In this document: positions 15,672 through 16,141 of the stretch, piece by piece | Layout: every line of letters begins with the position of its first letter | Numbering within the stretch: the first letter of the stretch is position 1 | Origin: a bacterium | Lineage (GTDB): Bacteria > SZUA-182 > DTGQ01 > JAFGSM01 | Length of the DNA: 16,141 nucleotides | Assembly (NCBI GenBank): GCA_049472335.1 | Contig: JBLIRO010000099.1 | Location: 1-16,141 of the forward strand | Direction of reading: 5' to 3' | Position numbers and translations under genes: made by a program | Notes under the pieces: model-generated | The model's input: only the letters and a program-made list of their open reading frames with translations | What the model was told of the DNA's origin: nothing | Database searches by the model: none

Positions 15672-15967
15672 TTGAAATTATTAAACGATATATAGAAGAA
15701 TTAAAAAATAATAATATACCAGTAGACCAAGTAATAATCTTTGGATCTTATGCCAAAGGTCAGCCAAAAGAGGAAAGCGATATTGATATTGCTTTGATTT
15801 CACCTGTATTTACTGGAGATAGATATGAGGACAGACGGAGAATAGTTCCCTTAAGAAGGAAGATTGATAATAGAATAGAGCCCATCCCATTCAGGCCGGA
15901 AGATTTTTGTGAAGATGGAAATCTTATTGATGAAATAAAAAAAACGGGAAAGGTTTTAAAATTCTAA
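15638..15967 (+). CDS. Minimal nucleotidyltransferase (MNT) of a HEPN/MNT pair
   Basis: 109 aa with IFGSYAKGQPKEESDIDIA (GS-x10-DxD) and C-terminal EIKKTG. Overlaps the HEPN gene. Confidence 0.9.
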   Translation: MVRKHVVAEHIVEIIKRYIEELKNNNIPVDQVIIFGSYAKGQPKEESDIDIALISPVFTGDRYEDRRRIVPLRRKIDNRIEPIPFRPEDFCEDGNLIDEIKKTGKVLKF

Positions 15968-16022
15968 TTTACAAAACCAATAAGCAGCAATAAATAAACA
16001 TCGCCGCATTTAACTACAATAC

Positions 16023-16054
16023 GGAAGATCTGAATTGATCTCCACTTTCAATTT
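16023..16054. repeat. Dispersed repeat family B, copy 2 (GGAAGATCTGAATTGATCTCCACTTTCAATTT)
   Basis: 31/32 identical to 3784-3815, 55 nt downstream of the MNT stop. Contains the dyad AGATC-N6-GATCT. Confidence 0.9.
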
Positions 16055-16141
16055 ACCATTATACGGTTAGTAAATAACATCCCCTTTCATCCTTTCCCGT
16101 TGCACCACTTTTCCGGGATATCTTTAAACCATTTGCCAGAT

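Overview
A bacterial accessory region with eight credible CDS. Three encode very large Sec-exported proteins: a 993-aa IPT/beta-helix/HYR/PKD protein (-), a 1081-aa protein with repeat, MopE-like and TSP3 domains (+), and a 1644-aa cysteine-rich Rhs/YD protein (-). The Rhs gene sits directly behind a PEP-CTERM gene and a consensus sigma-54 promoter, and has no downstream immunity gene. Two divergent toxin-antitoxin modules follow: AbiEi/AbiEii, with its autoregulatory inverted repeat and an apparently mutated toxin active site, and HEPN/MNT. Two families of short dispersed repeats occur only at module junctions (82-108/13739-13765 and 3784-3815/16023-16054), suggesting cassette- or island-like assembly, but no intact recombinase is visible. 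No rRNA, tRNA or CRISPR array was seen. All domain calls are from motif recognition by eye, not database searches.
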